Under the pieces are notes generated by a model, which saw nothing but the letters and a program-made list of their open reading frames with translations, was not told where the DNA came from and did not search any database. Below, in pieces: positions 32,301 through 39,283 of a stretch of DNA of 64,000 nt; the first letter of the stretch is position 1, and every line of letters begins with the position of its first letter. This DNA comes from Phycisphaerae bacterium (GTDB lineage Bacteria > Planctomycetota > Phycisphaerae > Sedimentisphaerales > Sedimentisphaeraceae), in the NCBI GenBank assembly GCA_027078365.1, contig JALWYQ010000034.1, positions 477 to 64,476 of the forward strand. Direction: 5' to 3'. A program made the position numbers and the translations under genes.

Positions 32301-32912
32301 CGGGTCTGTGAGCGATTCGTATTGAGTTCCGCCAGTATCGCGACCGCAAGCGCCAAGCAAGTATGTATCTATGTATGATTCATACTTTGGTGAGTCATTC
32401 TGGTATGAACAAGTTGCTGGAAAAAGACCGAAAACTCTTCTATGCCAGCTAACCTGATACTGCATAAGCTCATCAATATTATCAAAATCTACGTAATCAA
32501 ATGTCTTTATCCCTGCAATTCCATGATCGCTTTTAGTGTTTGTATCACAGGATTGCATCTCAACACTGTATTTGAGCCTAGCAGTCTGATTGATATCTTT
32601 TTGTTCATCTAATGAGAGATAACCATCGTAGCCTATTTGCCAAGGATCAGTATTAACCGTGAATTCTAGATTGAATTTAAATGCACAGGCCTCTCCGTAG
32701 TAAACGGATTTTAATGTCGGAACTGACGTAGAATGAGAAAAGCTAGAATCAAAACCGTGATAATGATTGCAGACCGCAACACTGCCAGCACGTAACGGTA
32801 CCGGTAGTAATAGAAATACCGCTACAATCATCAAAAATTTGATAACCGAAACTAGCAACCTCTCTTCACTTCTTTTTTTTTCATCACCAAATTTATAAAA
32901 AATTGTTAACAC
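20325..32912 (-). CDS. Giant secreted surface/adhesin-like protein (4195 aa): unknown N-terminal region, three PKD-LamG modules, then about 31 further PKD-like domains
   Basis: Single uninterrupted ORF. N-terminal hydrophobic signal (FLMIVAVFLLLPVPLRAGS). PKD signature (DGTGSSDxDGxIxSYEW...GxHTIxLTVTDDDG) about 34 times. LamG/Laminin_G_3-like blocks ending DE(F/L)S(I/L)(D/E)NRVLSxxEI. GTG start at 32912 is uncertain; the first internal ATG is at 32831. Confidence 0.9.
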   Translation of the reverse strand: MLTIFYKFGDEKKRSEERLLVSVIKFLMIVAVFLLLPVPLRAGSVAVCNHYHGFDSSFSHSTSVPTLKSVYYGEACAFKFNLEFTVNTDPWQIGYDGYLSLDEQKDINQTARLKYSVEMQSCDTNTKSDHGIAGIKTFDYVDFDNIDELMQYQVSWHRRVFGLFPATCSYQNDSPKYESYIDTYLLGACGRDTGGTQYESLTDPSIYTNYKLTTRMDSDPAIYDGGGYDSYDGYVLAMDFLGREIQNGGWYEDYAFWNDNPQYVKLYDFSRYARATIDSQPESVGCVTTDEAMQYRWLRDISSVSLVDEDGALRISVSYDVPEWMMSYWKVAGDDPNIVPARLVDIFTVPIAIELDTSDTSLSGCDLSASGAVSLRKIDTDLFIIEVAFNKQSETVDVVLSATAKPDYLNFDLPVITSITHIDDTWSVATDKPTRLVVFSTPEGQDLSDISVVDCSDDVENRVDAPVRDNTLATMHQFTLQESNYLDYYVGVITKQRQSILQYLEETDIATDANGDIQGSVETDFADTDEVVDSNSLDQSDSFGSAISGNPSKSTIKILADNIAPTANAGADQEVEYGNSITLDGTGSSDSDGSIVSYEWKEGATVLSSSSSFTKSDFSVGTHTITLTVTDDDGATDTDTVVVTIDARYSSITFLDHFNDSSSWDINTANGDYAAGTEAIVSVDSPSWDTGFFANSSPANRCYYAQDTEVLKFKADDGNVSCPSDGGMTIGFWCAFDGSNLSVKPVTIHNSDFSDYIQINFGYTGTGKWTAAFKDDDDLTTVTVSTDTSSSVTSSIYIAVTVDLANSQITIYQYDNNGDSIVAPYTGAITVTGWDVTSASSLIEINYKQDADNFWMDELSLDNRVLSQAEIETRVTDMVNGNELRGSNDIPVADAGADQEVMDGETVSFDGTGSSDSDGSISSYEWKEGATVLSTSSTFDKSDFSVGTHTITLTVIDDGGAINKDEIVVNVCASSDTIAFLDHFNDTSSWDINLNNDDYAFGLRTATCINPEAYEGFFSTSTPSNNALSFVARYDNISFNAVNGNVDYTNQTSGGITVGCWLKIIGNDYLGAELFEIGNDDDYVSLWYAPGNEGIARVYFYDDGVGGYQESSTNTSSYIRNTWVYFALTVDLDSQECTLRQYDSSGTLIATDVFSVTVTGWDVKDNVYSVIKLGDYIASADRYVLDEFSIDNRVLTQTEIESRVHRMVNNYELLPNGTPVAVAGDDQGVLVGTNVTLDASGSSDADGSIASYVWKENGTTLSSASSFDKSDFAVGTHIITLTVTDDEGNSDTDDVVVRIHDKEDPLTFLAHFNDTSSWDINLDNDDYAIGSKIATLTNPITATGFFAGSSPSNNALSFDTDGDNITFDAGDGNVDYTSQTSGGITVGCWFKIVGTDYVAAKLFEIGNDNDYASVWFAPGISGRARMFFYDDGVGGRLESSTDTNSYVRNDWVYFAFTVDLDVEECCLRQFDSSGNLIAEDKYLIDVTGWDVKDNANSKIKLGGYLSDCDSYVIDEFSIENRVLSKGEIQDRVTNMVSGDERVNHNPTANAGSDQEVNDGDTVSFDGTGSSDVDGPIASYEWKEGATVLSTSSTFNKSDFAVGVHTIVLTVTDSDDLTDTDTVVITVNGAPTADAGSDQEVNDGATVSFDGTGSSDADGTIVSYEWKEGATILSTNSTFNKSDFTVGVHTIVLTVTDDDGLTDTDTVVITVNGAPTANAGADQEVNDGDTVSFDGTGSSDADGTIASYEWKEGATVLSTSSTFNKSDFTVGTHTIVLTVTDDDGLTDTDTVVITVNGAPTADAGADQEVNDGATVSFDGTGSSDADGTIASYEWKEGATVLSTSSTFNKSDFTVGVHTIVLTVTDDDGLTDTDTVVITVNGAPTADAGADQDVNDGATVSFDGTGSSDADGTIASYEWKEGATVLSTSSTFNKSDFTVGTHTIVLTVTDDDGLTDTDTIVITVNGAPTANAGSDQDVNDGDTVSFDGTGSSDADGTIASYEWKEGATVLSTSSTFNKSDFTVGTHTIVLTVTDDDGLSDTDTVVITVNGAPTADAGSDQEVNDGATVSFDGTGSSDADGTIASYEWKEGATVLSTSSTFNKSDFTVGTHTIVLTVTDDDGLTDTDTVVITVNGAPTADAGSDQEVNDGDTVSFDGTGSSDADGTIASYEWKEGATILSTNSTFNKSDFTVGVHTIVLTVTDDDGLTDTDTVVITVNGAPTADAGADQDVNDGTTVSFDGTGSSDADGTIASYEWKEGTTVLSSSATFNKSDFTVGVHTIVLTVTDDDGLTDTDTVVITVNGAPTADAGSDQEVNDGATVSFDGTGSSDADGTIASYEWKEGATVLSTSSTFNKSDFTVGVHTIVLTVTDDDGLTDTDTVVITVNGAPTADAGSDQEVNDGATVSFDGTGSSDADGTIASYEWKEGATILSTSSTFNKSDFTVGTHTIVLTVTDDDGLTDTDTVVITVNGAPTADAGADQEVNDGATVSFDGTGSSDADGTIASYEWKEGATVLSTSSTFNKSDFTVGVHTIVLTVTDDDGLTDTDTVVITVNGAPTADAGADQDVNDGATVSFDGTGSSDADGTIASYEWKEGATTLSTSSTFNKSDFTVGVHTIVLTVTDDDGLTDTDTVVITVNGAPTADAGADQEVNDGDTVSFDGTGSSDADGTIASYEWKEGATVLSTSSTFNKSDFTVGTHTIVLTVTDDDGLTDTDTVVITVNGAPTANAGADQDVNDGATVSFDGTGSSDADGTIASYEWKEGATILSTNSTFNKSDFTVGTHTIVLTVTDDDGLTDTDTVVITVNGAPTADAGADQDVNDGDTVSFDGTGSSDADGTIASYEWKEGATVLSTSSTFNKSDFAVGVHTIVLTVTDDDGLTDTDTVVITVNGAPTADAGSDQEVNDGATVSFDGTGSSDADGTIASYEWKEGATVLNSSATFNKSDFTVGVHTIVLTVTDDDGLTDTDTVVITVNGAPTADAGADQEVNDGATVSFDGTGSSDADGTIASYEWKEGATVLSTNSTFNKSDFTVGTHTIVLTVTDDDGLTDTDTIVITVNGAPTADAGADQDVNDGATVSFDGTGSSDADGTIASYEWKEGATVLSTSSTFNKSDFTVGTHTIVLTVTDDDGLTDTDTVVITVNGAPTANAGADQDVNDGATVSFDGTGSSDADGTIASYEWKEGATVLSTSSIFNKSDFTVGVHTIVLTVTDDDGLTDTDTVVITVNGAPTADAGADQEVNDGATVSFDGTGSSDADGTIASYEWKEGATVLSTSSTFNKSDFTVGTHTIVLTVTDDDGLTDTDTVVITVNGAPTADAGADQEVNDGATVSFDGTGSSDADGTIASYEWKEGATVLSSSATFNKSDFTVGVHTIVLTVTDDDGLTDTDTVVITVNGAPTADAGADQDVNDGATVSFDGTGSSDADGTIASYEWKEGATILSTSATFNKSDFAVGTHTIVLTVTDDDGLSDTDTVIIKVNANSGAPVANAGVDQDVNDGATVSFDGTGSSDADGTITSYEWKEGATILSTSSTFNKSDFTVGVHTIVLTVTDNDGLTDTDAVVITVNGAPTADAGADKEVNEGEIVSLNGSGSSDADGSIASYEWKEGATVLSTSATFNKSDFTVGTHTIVLTVTDDGGLTDADTVVITINGAPIADAGSDQEVDFGSDVVLDASQSRDNDGSIVSYEWKDGTDVISNSPSFTKDDFSVGTHTLILTVTDNDGATDVDSVLVKINGEASSSVVYSAPSVRVLSMPYGLRKNVDRKIDSIQGDDVVFDVADVNADFSSSNVSCEWREGDKLLSKDKAFVKSDFSLGKHKVTLTLHDDGPARIYVFDVDVHENTNVKLVAEAGPDKMVFEGDVVTLDATKSWVSNGEIVSYQWFEGEELLSDEAVFEIDDLSVGRHSIQLRVIDSFGMDSEDTVNILVRPIPNLAPHAYAGSDQEIFEGDTIIFYGDNSFDEDGWIVSYQWSEGDTVLCDSPNFSVSDFPVGKHTITLAVMDNDGAVAHDKLVVVVKPVPNQVPVANAGEDKKVTEGKAVTFNGDGSFDEDGTIVSYVWREGSKILSSKSIFEKNDFAVGTHEIVLTVTDNSGAISRDTLNVTVLPKQKKNSIVKSPTKQDFTLGETVAFEADSKLKDGKKPISYKWQEGKEVLSRARKFSKDNFVVGDHLITLTITSEDGTKEQENVSIKVNSNKDSVARQ
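21970..28280. repeat. Tandem array of about 25 units of 252 bp (84 aa), each encoding a near-identical PKD domain
   Basis: Period verified by eye (22741 versus 22993). I counted 25 consecutive units of the type NGAPTADAG(A/S)DQ(E/D)VNDG(A/D)TVSFDGTGSSDADGTIASYEWKEGATVLSTSSTFNKSDFTVG(T/V)HTIVLTVTDDDGLTDTDTVVITV in the translation. Confidence 0.9.
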
Positions 32913-33436
32913 TACGTGTTTCCCATCTCACAGATTCCCCATATCCATTACCCAATATCTACCCTAAGAAAGGTCTTGATACTTGATAAGACCTTGACAA
33001 ACAAAGACTTAAAGAAGCAATACAAATCAGGAAACTCTTCATTAATTGCCCCTGATCAACAAAAATCTCAATTTCTCTGTTTGATAAAGCCTTATTAAAA
33101 AAAAAGAGACGTCTTTGTCTCTTATCTCTAGCAAAAAACCTTGCTTGAGAGCCAAATTATAAATCTTAGCGGTTCTCGTTAGTTTACCTAGAGCGATATT
33201 GACTACCCTTACCATGTATTTGTCGAATAACTACAATGGCAATTTAATCAATAAATTGGGTATTTAGCCCATATTCACTATTTTGAGTATTATCCGCAGA
33301 ATCGTTATTTCCCTTCTTTTACAACAAATATCACATAACAGAGCTACTATATTGCCCTCTAGTCTTGACAGGTCCACCGCTAGTACTTATTATTGCGGGC
33401 TTAATTATAAACCTTTTAGATAATTGGACTTGTATA

Positions 33437-36286
33437 ATGTCAGAGAAAAAGAATTACCGCAAAACGCTAAATTTACCTAAAACTGCATTTGCAATGAAAG
33501 CAAACCTTACCCAGCGTGAGCCGCAAATACGCAAAAGCTGGGAAAAGCAGAAGATGTACGATACAATTCGCGCACAAAGAGAAAATGCCCCCAAATACAT
33601 ACTCCACGACGGCCCTCCATACGCCAACGGTGATATACACATGGGACATGTTATCAATAAGGTATTAAAAGATATTGTCCTAAAATACAAGACGATGCTC
33701 GGTTACGACACGCCTTACATCCCAGGCTGGGACTGCCACGGACTTCCTATCGAAGTGAAGGTTATGGCTGAATTGGGTGAGAAGGCTTTGGATATGGATA
33801 AACTAGAAATCCGTAAACGATGCCAAAAATACGCAAGCAAATACGTCAAGCTACAATCAAAACAATTTAGCGATCTCGGCGTCTTTGCTGATTACAAAAA
33901 TCCATACCTCACCATGAAACCATCTTACGAAAGGGGTATTTTAGAGGTATTTGCAGAGCTAGTCGAGCAGGGAATAGTCTATAAACAGCTCAAACCAATC
34001 CATTGGTCAATCGGCTGCGAAACTGCTTTAGCAGATGCAGAACTAGAGTATAAGGATATTAGCTCACCTAGTATCTATGTTAATTACCCTGTTGATGCCG
34101 ACACAAAAGCCAAGATGTGCGAGCTAGGCCTTTGCAATCAAGACGAGGAAAACGTCTATTTTATGATTTGGACAACAACTCCTTGGACTCTGGTTGCAAA
34201 CTTAGCGGTGGCTGCGCACCCTTCTATCGAATATACCTCGCTTAGATACGATATTGGCGGCAAAAAATGTGTCTCTATTGTAGCGGCACAAAGAGCTGAA
34301 GCAATAGCGAAAGCTCGCGGGCTTGAAGAAGGTCAATACTCAATTTCCGACGTTAGAGTCAGGGGAGAGGAGCTAGAAAAGCTAAGATATAAACATCCAT
34401 TCGTCGAGAAGAACCCTACCGAAAATGATGCATATTTTGTAATAAATGCACTCTACGTTACTGTTGAAGACGGAACAGGGCTCGTTCACATTGCCCCAGG
34501 CCACGGTAGCGACGACTATATGGCTGGTCAATCCTATGGGCTATCGATATATTCACCTGTCGTCGATAACGGCGATTACGATGAGACCGTACCAGAGTTT
34601 TTAAAGGGTCAAAATGTACTCAAGGTAGATCCAGTTGTTATTGAAAAACTAGAAGATCTTGGCCTACTATTCGCAAGAAAAGACATTCTCCATAGCTACC
34701 CGCATTGCTGGCGTAGCAAAATGCCTGTGATATTTAGGGCTACAGAACAGTGGTTTATCAGTGTTGATAAGAAAGTTGCAAATCGAGGTAAATCTCTGAG
34801 GGAACTAGCGCTAGATTCGACATCAGATGTTAAATGGATTCCAGCTTGGGGCGAAAAGAGGTTGCGTGGAATGCTTGAGTCTCGACCTGACTGGTGCATT
34901 AGCCGCCAAAGGGTCTGGGGATTGCCAATCCCAGCATTCTACAACTCTAATGGAGATACGCTACTAACGGCAGAATCTGTCAGGGCTACGGCGAAATACA
35001 TTGGAGAAAAAGGCTCAAACGGCTGGTTTAGCGATTCTCCAAAAGAAATACTCGGCGAAGACTTCAAACTTCCAGAAGGATTTAGCTGGGACGACTTACA
35101 CAAAGAAGAAAACATCTTTGACGTTTGGTTTGAGAGCGGTTGTAGCTGGCATAGCGTTGCAAAAGCAGCCGGTTGGGATGTTCCTGTTGATCTGTACCTA
35201 GAAGGTAGTGACCAACACAGAGGCTGGTTCCAACTATCCATGTTGCCAGCACTTGGCGCAACCGGCAAACCTCCCTTCAAGAGCGTTCTAACTCATGGAT
35301 TTACTGTTGACGCCAAAGGAATGAAACAGTCAAAATCGCTAGGCAACTATGTAAATGCCCAAGAGGAAATCCAAAAGTACGGCTCTGACATATTGCGTTT
35401 ATGGGTTTCAAGCGTAAATTACCAAGAAGATATGCGCTGTAATGATGAAATAATTGGCAGACTCCAAGATGCGTATAGAAAAATCAGAAACACCTTGAGA
35501 TATCTATTTAGCAACATAGATGATTTTGATCCTACAACTCAAGCAGTAGCGACTAAAGATATGGTTGAGATTGACCGCTGGGCACTCTCTCAATACAAAA
35601 AACTCATAGAGCACGTCTTAGCTGCATACGAGGATTTTGCGTTCCATAAAGTCTTCTCATTAATCTACAACTTCGTAACGGTAGATATGAGCAATATCTA
35701 TATGGATGTTTTAAAAGACAGACTCTACTGCGACGCCAAAGAAAGCCAGTTGCGTAGAAGCGCCCAAACAACAATGCACATTATCCTTGATGGCTTAATC
35801 AGACTCATTTCTCCAATATTGGTTCATACTGCAGAGGAAGCTTGGGGCAATTTGAAGTTTAAAAGCCAAGACGTAGAGACTGTTCACCTAGCATTAATGC
35901 CAAAGGCTGACTCTGTGGATATCGATAGCAGTAATGATGCAAAATGGGATATAATCCTTGAAATTCGTGACGAAGCATTGCGCAGCCTAGAAGCTCTAAG
36001 AGAAGCGAAAGAAATCGCAAGCAATCAAGAAGCTATGATCGTTGTAAGTAGCAATAACCAAGAAATCATGGAAGCTCTAGAAATGATTGGCGAAGAGCAA
36101 TTCGCCTCACTTTGCATCATAAGCGAAGCAAAGTTCGAAAAAAGCGATACAGACACAGTAATCAAAGCAAGCAAATCTCCACATAGTAAATGCGAGAGAT
36201 GCTGGAATTACTTACCTTCAGTAGGCTCAATAAGCGAGAGTCCTGACTTATGTCAAAGATGCGCAGATGTTGTAAATTGCTCATAA
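33437..36286 (+). CDS. ileS: Isoleucine--tRNA ligase
   Basis: MSEKKNYRKTLNLPKTAFAMKANL start. HMGH (HIGH) motif, KQSKS (KMSKS) motif, CP1 editing insertion, C-terminal zinc knuckle CERCWNY...CQRC. I prefer the ATG at 33437 over the TTG at 33365 used by the track. Confidence 0.95.
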   Translation: MSEKKNYRKTLNLPKTAFAMKANLTQREPQIRKSWEKQKMYDTIRAQRENAPKYILHDGPPYANGDIHMGHVINKVLKDIVLKYKTMLGYDTPYIPGWDCHGLPIEVKVMAELGEKALDMDKLEIRKRCQKYASKYVKLQSKQFSDLGVFADYKNPYLTMKPSYERGILEVFAELVEQGIVYKQLKPIHWSIGCETALADAELEYKDISSPSIYVNYPVDADTKAKMCELGLCNQDEENVYFMIWTTTPWTLVANLAVAAHPSIEYTSLRYDIGGKKCVSIVAAQRAEAIAKARGLEEGQYSISDVRVRGEELEKLRYKHPFVEKNPTENDAYFVINALYVTVEDGTGLVHIAPGHGSDDYMAGQSYGLSIYSPVVDNGDYDETVPEFLKGQNVLKVDPVVIEKLEDLGLLFARKDILHSYPHCWRSKMPVIFRATEQWFISVDKKVANRGKSLRELALDSTSDVKWIPAWGEKRLRGMLESRPDWCISRQRVWGLPIPAFYNSNGDTLLTAESVRATAKYIGEKGSNGWFSDSPKEILGEDFKLPEGFSWDDLHKEENIFDVWFESGCSWHSVAKAAGWDVPVDLYLEGSDQHRGWFQLSMLPALGATGKPPFKSVLTHGFTVDAKGMKQSKSLGNYVNAQEEIQKYGSDILRLWVSSVNYQEDMRCNDEIIGRLQDAYRKIRNTLRYLFSNIDDFDPTTQAVATKDMVEIDRWALSQYKKLIEHVLAAYEDFAFHKVFSLIYNFVTVDMSNIYMDVLKDRLYCDAKESQLRRSAQTTMHIILDGLIRLISPILVHTAEEAWGNLKFKSQDVETVHLALMPKADSVDIDSSNDAKWDIILEIRDEALRSLEALREAKEIASNQEAMIVVSSNNQEIMEALEMIGEEQFASLCIISEAKFEKSDTDTVIKASKSPHSKCERCWNYLPSVGSISESPDLCQRCADVVNCS

Positions 36287-36310
36287 TTGACTCCAAACTA
36301 AGACAAAAAA

Positions 36311-36341
36311 GCCAAGCCAATTCATCGGCTTGGCTTTTTTT
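36311..36341 (+). terminator. Intrinsic terminator after ileS
   Basis: gccaagcc-aattcatc-ggcttggc followed by T7. Confidence 0.75.
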
Positions 36342-36530
36342 ATAGATTTAATTGCTATTAATCTTTGGTCACCGTTATCCGCAATTTCCGAAGCCATGCA
36401 ATATTCGCGATAAAACTCGTAACAAAAAAAAACGTGAGAAGAATTTTGAGTAAAACAACTCAAAGTGAATAAAATTAACCGCCCCTAGGGCCCAATAACA
36501 ACGTTCTTCGCTCAACGCACCAGAAAAGCT

Positions 36531-36559
36531 TTGCAATTAGAGTCTATTAGCGATATTAT
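36531..36559 (+). promoter_or_regulatory. Sigma70-like promoter TTGCAA-17-TATTAT for PEP-CTERM paralogue 1
   Basis: Read directly. The same architecture recurs at 37421 and 40038, each followed by (T)(A/T)GGAC. Confidence 0.45.
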
Positions 36560-36679
36560 TGGACTCTGAAAGGAAATCAATAGTAGGAAAAAGGAATTAC
36601 TAACTAAAATAAGGCAATCACTAACAAATTCATCTGGTGAGGGTCTTGAACACTAATCCATCAATCGGAAGGAAGAAGC

Positions 36680-37225
36680 ATGAAGAAGGTCTTACTTGTA
36701 GCCCTCTGCGCTGCGCTAATTAGTACTGCATCCGCAACAACCACCCTATCAGGCACATTCTCAAAAGCAACGGGAGATTTCTCGAAGGCAACTTGGGAGT
36801 ATACTAACTCAGGGGACAGTTTTCTCTTGAAAGGTTACGGCCCAGAAACAACAGATCCTCAACTCGTATGGACTGTCGCTGGAGACATAGACGCTAGTAA
36901 CGTAGAAATAACTCTACTACCTGCAGGTAACTGGGATCCTCTATATGATGGAACCTACACCGCAGACGCAGCAGAATTCACAGACTACGGCTCATTTAAA
37001 CTCTTAATGACAGCAGCAAGCGATGCTGGTCAAAAGAGTTATAATGGCACTCTATACGACATCACAATTGAATTTCAGGCACAAAGCTGGGTCGTTGGTG
37101 ATTATGATGCCAATGAATTCACAAACGCAAGAATTGCCCTTACCGGCAATCCAGTTCCAGAACCAGCCACTATGGCTCTTTTAGGTCTCGGCGGGTTGTT
37201 TATTGCAAGAAGAAAACGTAACTAG
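36680..37225 (+). CDS. PEP-CTERM-anchored secreted protein, paralogue 1 (181 aa)
   Basis: Signal peptide MKKVLLVALCAALISTASA. C-terminal VPEPATMALLGLGGLFIARRKRN (PEP motif, TM helix, basic tail). Family motifs TWEYTNSGDSFLLKGYG, AEFTDYG, FQAQSWVV. Confidence 0.88.
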   Translation: MKKVLLVALCAALISTASATTTLSGTFSKATGDFSKATWEYTNSGDSFLLKGYGPETTDPQLVWTVAGDIDASNVEITLLPAGNWDPLYDGTYTADAAEFTDYGSFKLLMTAASDAGQKSYNGTLYDITIEFQAQSWVVGDYDANEFTNARIALTGNPVPEPATMALLGLGGLFIARRKRN

Positions 37226-37272
37226 AAAGTTTTGATCCAAATAAAAACTTGATAAAAAACGCTTTTAAAAGT

Positions 37273-37304
37273 TCCTCTCGAGGTTTTGAGAGGAGCTTTT
37301 TTTT
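37273..37304 (+). terminator. Intrinsic terminator after paralogue 1
   Basis: tcctctc-gaggtttt-gagagga, then gc and T8. Confidence 0.6.
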
Positions 37305-37420
37305 GAGGCTAAATAAAACTCTAAACCACTTTAACAGCTACAGTTGCAGTATAAAAAGTCAATCGGTTGCCTCACCCGAGGTAATCCTAGTAATTACAAT
37401 TAAAAACTACCATTTTTTTC

Positions 37421-37449
37421 TTGCTATAAAAACCGCTTCGTGCTATTAT
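37421..37449 (+). promoter_or_regulatory. Sigma70-like promoter TTGCTA-17-TATTAT for paralogue 2
   Basis: Read directly. Followed by tataggac, as at 40061. Confidence 0.45.
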
Positions 37450-37571
37450 TATAGGACCGTGATAGGAGGTCGCGGAGAAGTAGTAAAGGGAGTAAATTAA
37501 CTAATTGAGATAAGTAGCTAGTCGTGCGCTATCTTATCGGACACTAATCCATCAATAGGAAGGAAAAGAAA

Positions 37572-38192
37572 ATGAAGAAAGTATTGTTAGTAGCGCTTTT
37601 GTGCACAATGGTAGGCATCGTTTCAGCATCAACAACACCTCTAGAGGATTCACCTTATTACACTGATTCAGGAGTCTTCTCTCTTGCAAATGGTGGCTTC
37701 TCATCAATGACTTGGGCGTACGATGACAGCAACAAAGACTCATTTACGCTTAAGGGTTATGGTTTTGCTGATTCATCAACACCTACTACAAATCCAATCT
37801 GTGTAATTACAGGTGATCTAAGTGCAAGTAACATTGTATCTAACGTTTCAGTTGTATTAAACAATGCACTCGCTGTAGGCGTATGGAGCGACCTTTACAA
37901 TGGCACATACACTATAGCAGAAGCTGAGTTCACTGATTACGGAATGTTTAGATTACTTATGACTGCTGGAGCAACTACAGAAGGTGAGACAGCGAACCAA
38001 ATAGTATACGATGGACAACTTTACGATAGAGGACTTGAGTTCCAAGCTCAAAGTTGGGTTGTAGAGGATTACACCGCAGGAAACTTCACTAACGCACAAC
38101 TTACAATCGCTAGCGTTCAAGTTCCAGAACCAACTACAATGGCGATTCTTGGCTTTGGTGGTTTACTTGTTGCGATGAGAAGAAGGAAATAA
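37572..38192 (+). CDS. PEP-CTERM-anchored secreted protein, paralogue 2 (206 aa)
   Basis: Signal peptide. C-terminal VPEPTTMAILGFGGLLVAMRRRK. Shares TLKGYGFAD, YNGTY..EAEFTDYG and FQAQSWVVEDY with paralogue 3. Confidence 0.88.
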   Translation: MKKVLLVALLCTMVGIVSASTTPLEDSPYYTDSGVFSLANGGFSSMTWAYDDSNKDSFTLKGYGFADSSTPTTNPICVITGDLSASNIVSNVSVVLNNALAVGVWSDLYNGTYTIAEAEFTDYGMFRLLMTAGATTEGETANQIVYDGQLYDRGLEFQAQSWVVEDYTAGNFTNAQLTIASVQVPEPTTMAILGFGGLLVAMRRRK

Positions 38193-38218
38193 GCAATTAT
38201 AACTTGCTATTTAAAAAA

Positions 38219-38252
38219 GGGCTTTTTTCAGCGATGAAAAAGCCCTTTTTTT
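38219..38252 (+). terminator. Intrinsic terminator after paralogue 2
   Basis: gggcttttt-tcagcgatg-aaaaagccc followed by T7. Confidence 0.75.
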
Positions 38253-38566
38253 ATTGTTTGCATTATTATTTTTAGGAAAACTTGACATACAAATCTATAT
38301 AGCAATCGCAGCTACTCTGTTTAGACTAGTCCATTACTCTTGAATTTTATCTTTTTCACACGAAAAGTGCGTTTTTTAAGGTCAGAATTGAATATTATCG
38401 GATTTTTATTCATTTTCCCTTGAAAATTTATAATCGAGTTTTACCATTTATAGTGAGGTGGAGGTGATTGAAAAGGCATGAGTTTATCGAGTGAATCACA
38501 AATGAGCCTTCAGATGGAGGTGCTGTTGGCTCGAATGCTAATCAATCAAATAGGAAGGAAAAGAAA

Positions 38567-39190
38567 ATGAAGAAGATGCTTTTTACCTTGGCTCTGTGCG
38601 CTATTTTTAGCGTGGCAACCGCAACACCAACCCCTCTTGGAAATTGTCCAGATTATAACGCGGGAGTTTTTACTATTGAAAATAGTGGATTCTCGTCAGC
38701 TACCTGGACATATGACGACACGAGTAAAACATCATTTACTGTCAAAGGTTATGGTTTTGCCGATACTGCATTAACCGTACCAACTACAGACCCAATCCTT
38801 GAGGTTACAGGAACTCTATCCGGTGGCAGTGTTGCAAATGTATCTCTAAAGCTAGACAACACTGGTGCCATAGGCGTCTGGGACGACATCTACAACGGCA
38901 CATACGTTGTAACAGAAGCTGAGTTCACTGATTACGGTGACTCATACAAACTACTCATGGTCGCTGCTGGCGCTGGAGAAGATGAAACAGCTAATCAAGT
39001 CGTCTACAATGGATGCACCTACAAAAGAGGTTTTGAATTCCAAGCTCAAAGCTGGGTCGTTGATGATTATGACGATAATCAATTAACTAACGCACGCCTT
39101 GCGCTAACTAGCAAACCTATCCCAGAACCGGCAACTTTGGGAATTCTAGGACTTGGTGGCCTAATTATTGCGATGAGAAGACGCAGATAA
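38567..39190 (+). CDS. PEP-CTERM-anchored secreted protein, paralogue 3 (207 aa)
   Basis: Signal peptide. C-terminal IPEPATLGILGLGGLIIAMRRRR. No clear terminator before paralogue 4 (93-nt gap). Confidence 0.88.
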   Translation: MKKMLFTLALCAIFSVATATPTPLGNCPDYNAGVFTIENSGFSSATWTYDDTSKTSFTVKGYGFADTALTVPTTDPILEVTGTLSGGSVANVSLKLDNTGAIGVWDDIYNGTYVVTEAEFTDYGDSYKLLMVAAGAGEDETANQVVYNGCTYKRGFEFQAQSWVVDDYDDNQLTNARLALTSKPIPEPATLGILGLGGLIIAMRRRR

Positions 39191-39283
39191 TCTTATTTTT
39201 TCTTAAGTTACTCAGGCGATTATAGGCAAAATATCGCCAAGAATCCTTAAAATCTAATCTACCATCAAAGGGAAGGAAACGAA

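Noticed and set aside
33131-33436. T-box leader upstream of ileS
   Set aside because: No T-box consensus (AGGGTGGTACCGCG-like), no specifier-loop architecture and no terminator before the ATG at 33437.
33365-33436. 24-codon N-terminal extension of ileS from a TTG
   Set aside because: The conserved IleRS N-terminus (MSEKKNYRKTLNLPKT) begins at the ATG at 33437. The extension is hydrophobic and atypical.
37249-37500. 83-aa ORF between PEP-CTERM paralogues 1 and 2
   Set aside because: It spans the intrinsic terminator of paralogue 1 and the promoter of paralogue 2. It starts with TTG and has no Shine-Dalgarno.
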